The notes under the pieces were generated by a model. That model saw only the letters and a list, made by a program, of their open reading frames with translations, ran no database searches and was not told the DNA's origin. A DNA stretch of 54,707 nucleotides from a virus (Duplodnaviria > Caudoviricetes): IMG/VR virus record IMGVR_UViG_3300049058_000028, positions 1 through 54,707 of that record, one strand, 5' to 3'. Below are positions 53,801 through 54,707 of this stretch, piece after piece. Positions within the stretch are counted from its first letter, which is position 1, and every line of letters starts with the position of its first letter. A program made the position numbers and the translations under genes.

Positions 53801-54707
53801 GTACCGATTGACTCGGTAACGGTTGCCAGCCCTTGATTTCGTGCCGCAGCCGCAGCGAAAGCGTTAAAGAAGGCGTCAACGGTTGTCAGCCCAAGCTTCT
53901 TTGCCTGCTCTCGGATGGCCTTGGCATTGACTGGTGAGTCGACATTGAAAACTTCAGTGATAAGCTGGCCTGCCAGCGGGCTCTGACCTACCAACTCCTT
54001 CAGGTCTTGGCGCTCAAAGTTCTGCGTGACTAACTGCAAAAGGTTCTGCGTGAAGCGTGCCGCATCAGGAAGCTTCGAGACAGCGTTTAGCCGACCAATA
54101 GCAGGGAGGACGCGATTAATTGTCTCTTCCGTGGTCTGCGCAACCCGAAGTTGAGCGTCGAGTGTTAACGCGAGGTTTGTAGTGAGTCCTGGCGTTCCAC
54201 GCGCAGTCTTAATTAGCTCAGCAAGACGACGCTCAGCAGCCTCGGCACTGCCTGTAAACGCTTTCAGCGTATTGACATTCGCATCAAGGTCTTTGGCGCT
54301 CTTGAGGGAGGCTGCACCAAGGGCAAGCAACGGCACAGTGACGCCAATTGTCAGCGTGCGCCCAATCGATTGAAGTCCCGGTCCAATGCCACGAAAGGCT
54401 TGCGAGATAGATTGCGCCGCCTGCCGCGCCGCTCGCTCCTGTGCCCGAGCGCTGGCGACAGCCGCTCGTTCCTCATCCTTGAAGGCGCGAATCAGCGCAG
54501 CCGATCTTTGTCGCTGGAGTGACTGAACGGTGGAATTAAGCCTGCGTTGCTCTCGCTCCTGTGCGCGTGACGATTGCTGAGCAGCACGTTCCTGAGCACG
54601 CGCTGATTTTATGGCACTGGCCTCTGCCGCCTTGGCCGCCTTCTGCCTTTCTGCTTCAATTCGCCGGAAGTCGCGAACTTGCTGATCAACCTGAGTGCCG
54701 CTGGATG
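50884..54707 (-). CDS. Tape measure protein (5' end outside the window)
   Basis: Frame stays open to the window end; Ala-rich helices, hydrophobic core, W/F-spaced repeats, long coiled coil. Confidence 0.9.
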   Translation of the reverse strand, partial: SSGTQVDQQVRDFRRIEAERQKAAKAAEASAIKSARAQERAAQQSSRAQEREQRRLNSTVQSLQRQRSAALIRAFKDEERAAVASARAQERAARQAAQSISQAFRGIGPGLQSIGRTLTIGVTVPLLALGAASLKSAKDLDANVNTLKAFTGSAEAAERRLAELIKTARGTPGLTTNLALTLDAQLRVAQTTEETINRVLPAIGRLNAVSKLPDAARFTQNLLQLVTQNFERQDLKELVGQSPLAGQLITEVFNVDSPVNAKAIREQAKKLGLTTVDAFFNAFAAAAARNQGLATVTESIGTRFDKIVDRVTVALRPIGLAILNAIQPFVEPVARLIERLGKTFDSLSEPVKTAIIVIAGIAAAVGPVLFVLGSLVNGITAVTSVIATVGAVVAAIGLPEITLVIAGLLVVIGEWIVILGALGLAWKKNFLGIRDLVSNASTAVLDAFSRIRAVIDEATQRILPTLQSVTEKVLGVVTALWERFGPTVVSIASTSFTIVARIIETTLRFLGNLADLALKIIDGDWRGAWRAFSRIVINALDSITEFFEKALPTLRRGLLTLNAFLIRQAVTFAQTASALAARFITSMVVAFIAGAPQISNALAKMLLLAVAGVAVGPIGTALVAGLLESMRKAASEAPPIPIKVEAQNVGADVGFTGGVARKKRPLPAEDEKADKGADAATRRRIRLLELEAEKVRTLTDAQLAREQIAFDERKKSLEDWTNTQIEAAGNVLIAQLAVYKREREEARKIRNQSARDLTLAEIGQKEFEAQQAFSTKVAQLEAVRRKEELDAAKAHRQALLDIQEAGDAAEIARLEDLQRQGAVTAFDIATRQAEIDKAARARRRAELEKQKQEAGENLQERERVVDELKKFDAESAESVEEGERRKRLALEETVEAYNAYARAIIEAQAQAAALTREVAIIQLEALRRRVGDRRRVLREQLRIEQEDARARHEANQRSIDDAEKAAIDAAKKAGDIERRRLEIERKFNDLRLAEDKRFNAERQANQEALERALDPLGPLKDRWDQFREAVQHANDTIADSVQSVAAKIAESFDSMVDSLRDGIVAWILYGESLGKALKRALAEQLAKLAAEFAIQALRHAAYALGSLAFGDFAGAAKHTAAALAFAGAAAATGFGARGLAKSSGLFKSSAATASSAVAGGEPSPRNATFNLGGQGPVETSVRAAQEGSGGGLVGRLVARVEQLQQQNLEVQRQQQLHNAQVAEVLTRMKTARAGDVVTMGASDARQAIGVAVIDHSNASGDFNETLQRNLGFA

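Noticed and set aside
52778-53836. 352-aa + strand ORF and other long antisense ORFs in the track
   Set aside because: Antisense shadows of the Ala-rich tape measure and other structural genes, without RBS or motifs.
1-54707. Genome-wide TGA reassignment
   Set aside because: Many genes, including portal and TerL, end in TGA with ATGA/GTGA coupling, and long genes use TGG with no internal TGA.
1-54707. CRISPR array, tRNA, DGR, retron or integrase
   Set aside because: No regularly spaced repeats, no convincing tRNA cloverleaf, no reverse transcriptase and no recombinase motif seen by eye; a tRNAscan/HMM run would confirm.

Overview
The whole window is a tailed dsDNA phage genome (siphovirus-like); I see no host genes, tRNA, rRNA or CRISPR array. 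It starts inside a capsid-scaffold gene and ends inside the tape-measure gene, both on the minus strand. This suggests a circular or permuted genome whose capsid, neck and tail-tube genes lie just outside the window. Order on the + coordinates: scaffold, two HExxH paralogues, portal, TerL, TerS; a secreted Cys-rich protein and a secreted beta-helix enzyme; a membrane or lysis-like block (TM-PAS protein, Tat lipoprotein, Flp-pilin-like peptide); about 23 kb of minus-strand early genes (HNH-AP2, Acb2/Tad1-like, RusA, HNH, N4/N6 methyltransferase, SNF2 helicase, Mom-like, YqaJ, DEDDh, ERF, many Zn fingers); a divergent promoter driving a short rightward operon (RHH, conserved gene pair, LexA-like HTH); then tail and fibre genes. 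Most notable: (1) a five-gene fibre module built on a shared 22-aa His-x-His repeat present in 15, 5 and 1 copies; (2) three leaderless antisense morons inserted between tail genes; (3) an anti-defence-like island with acr-aca-type architecture; (4) five structured intergenic RNAs; (5) two genes with an in-frame TGA; (6) a Flp pilin-like peptide. All functional calls come from motif recognition by eye; no database search was run.
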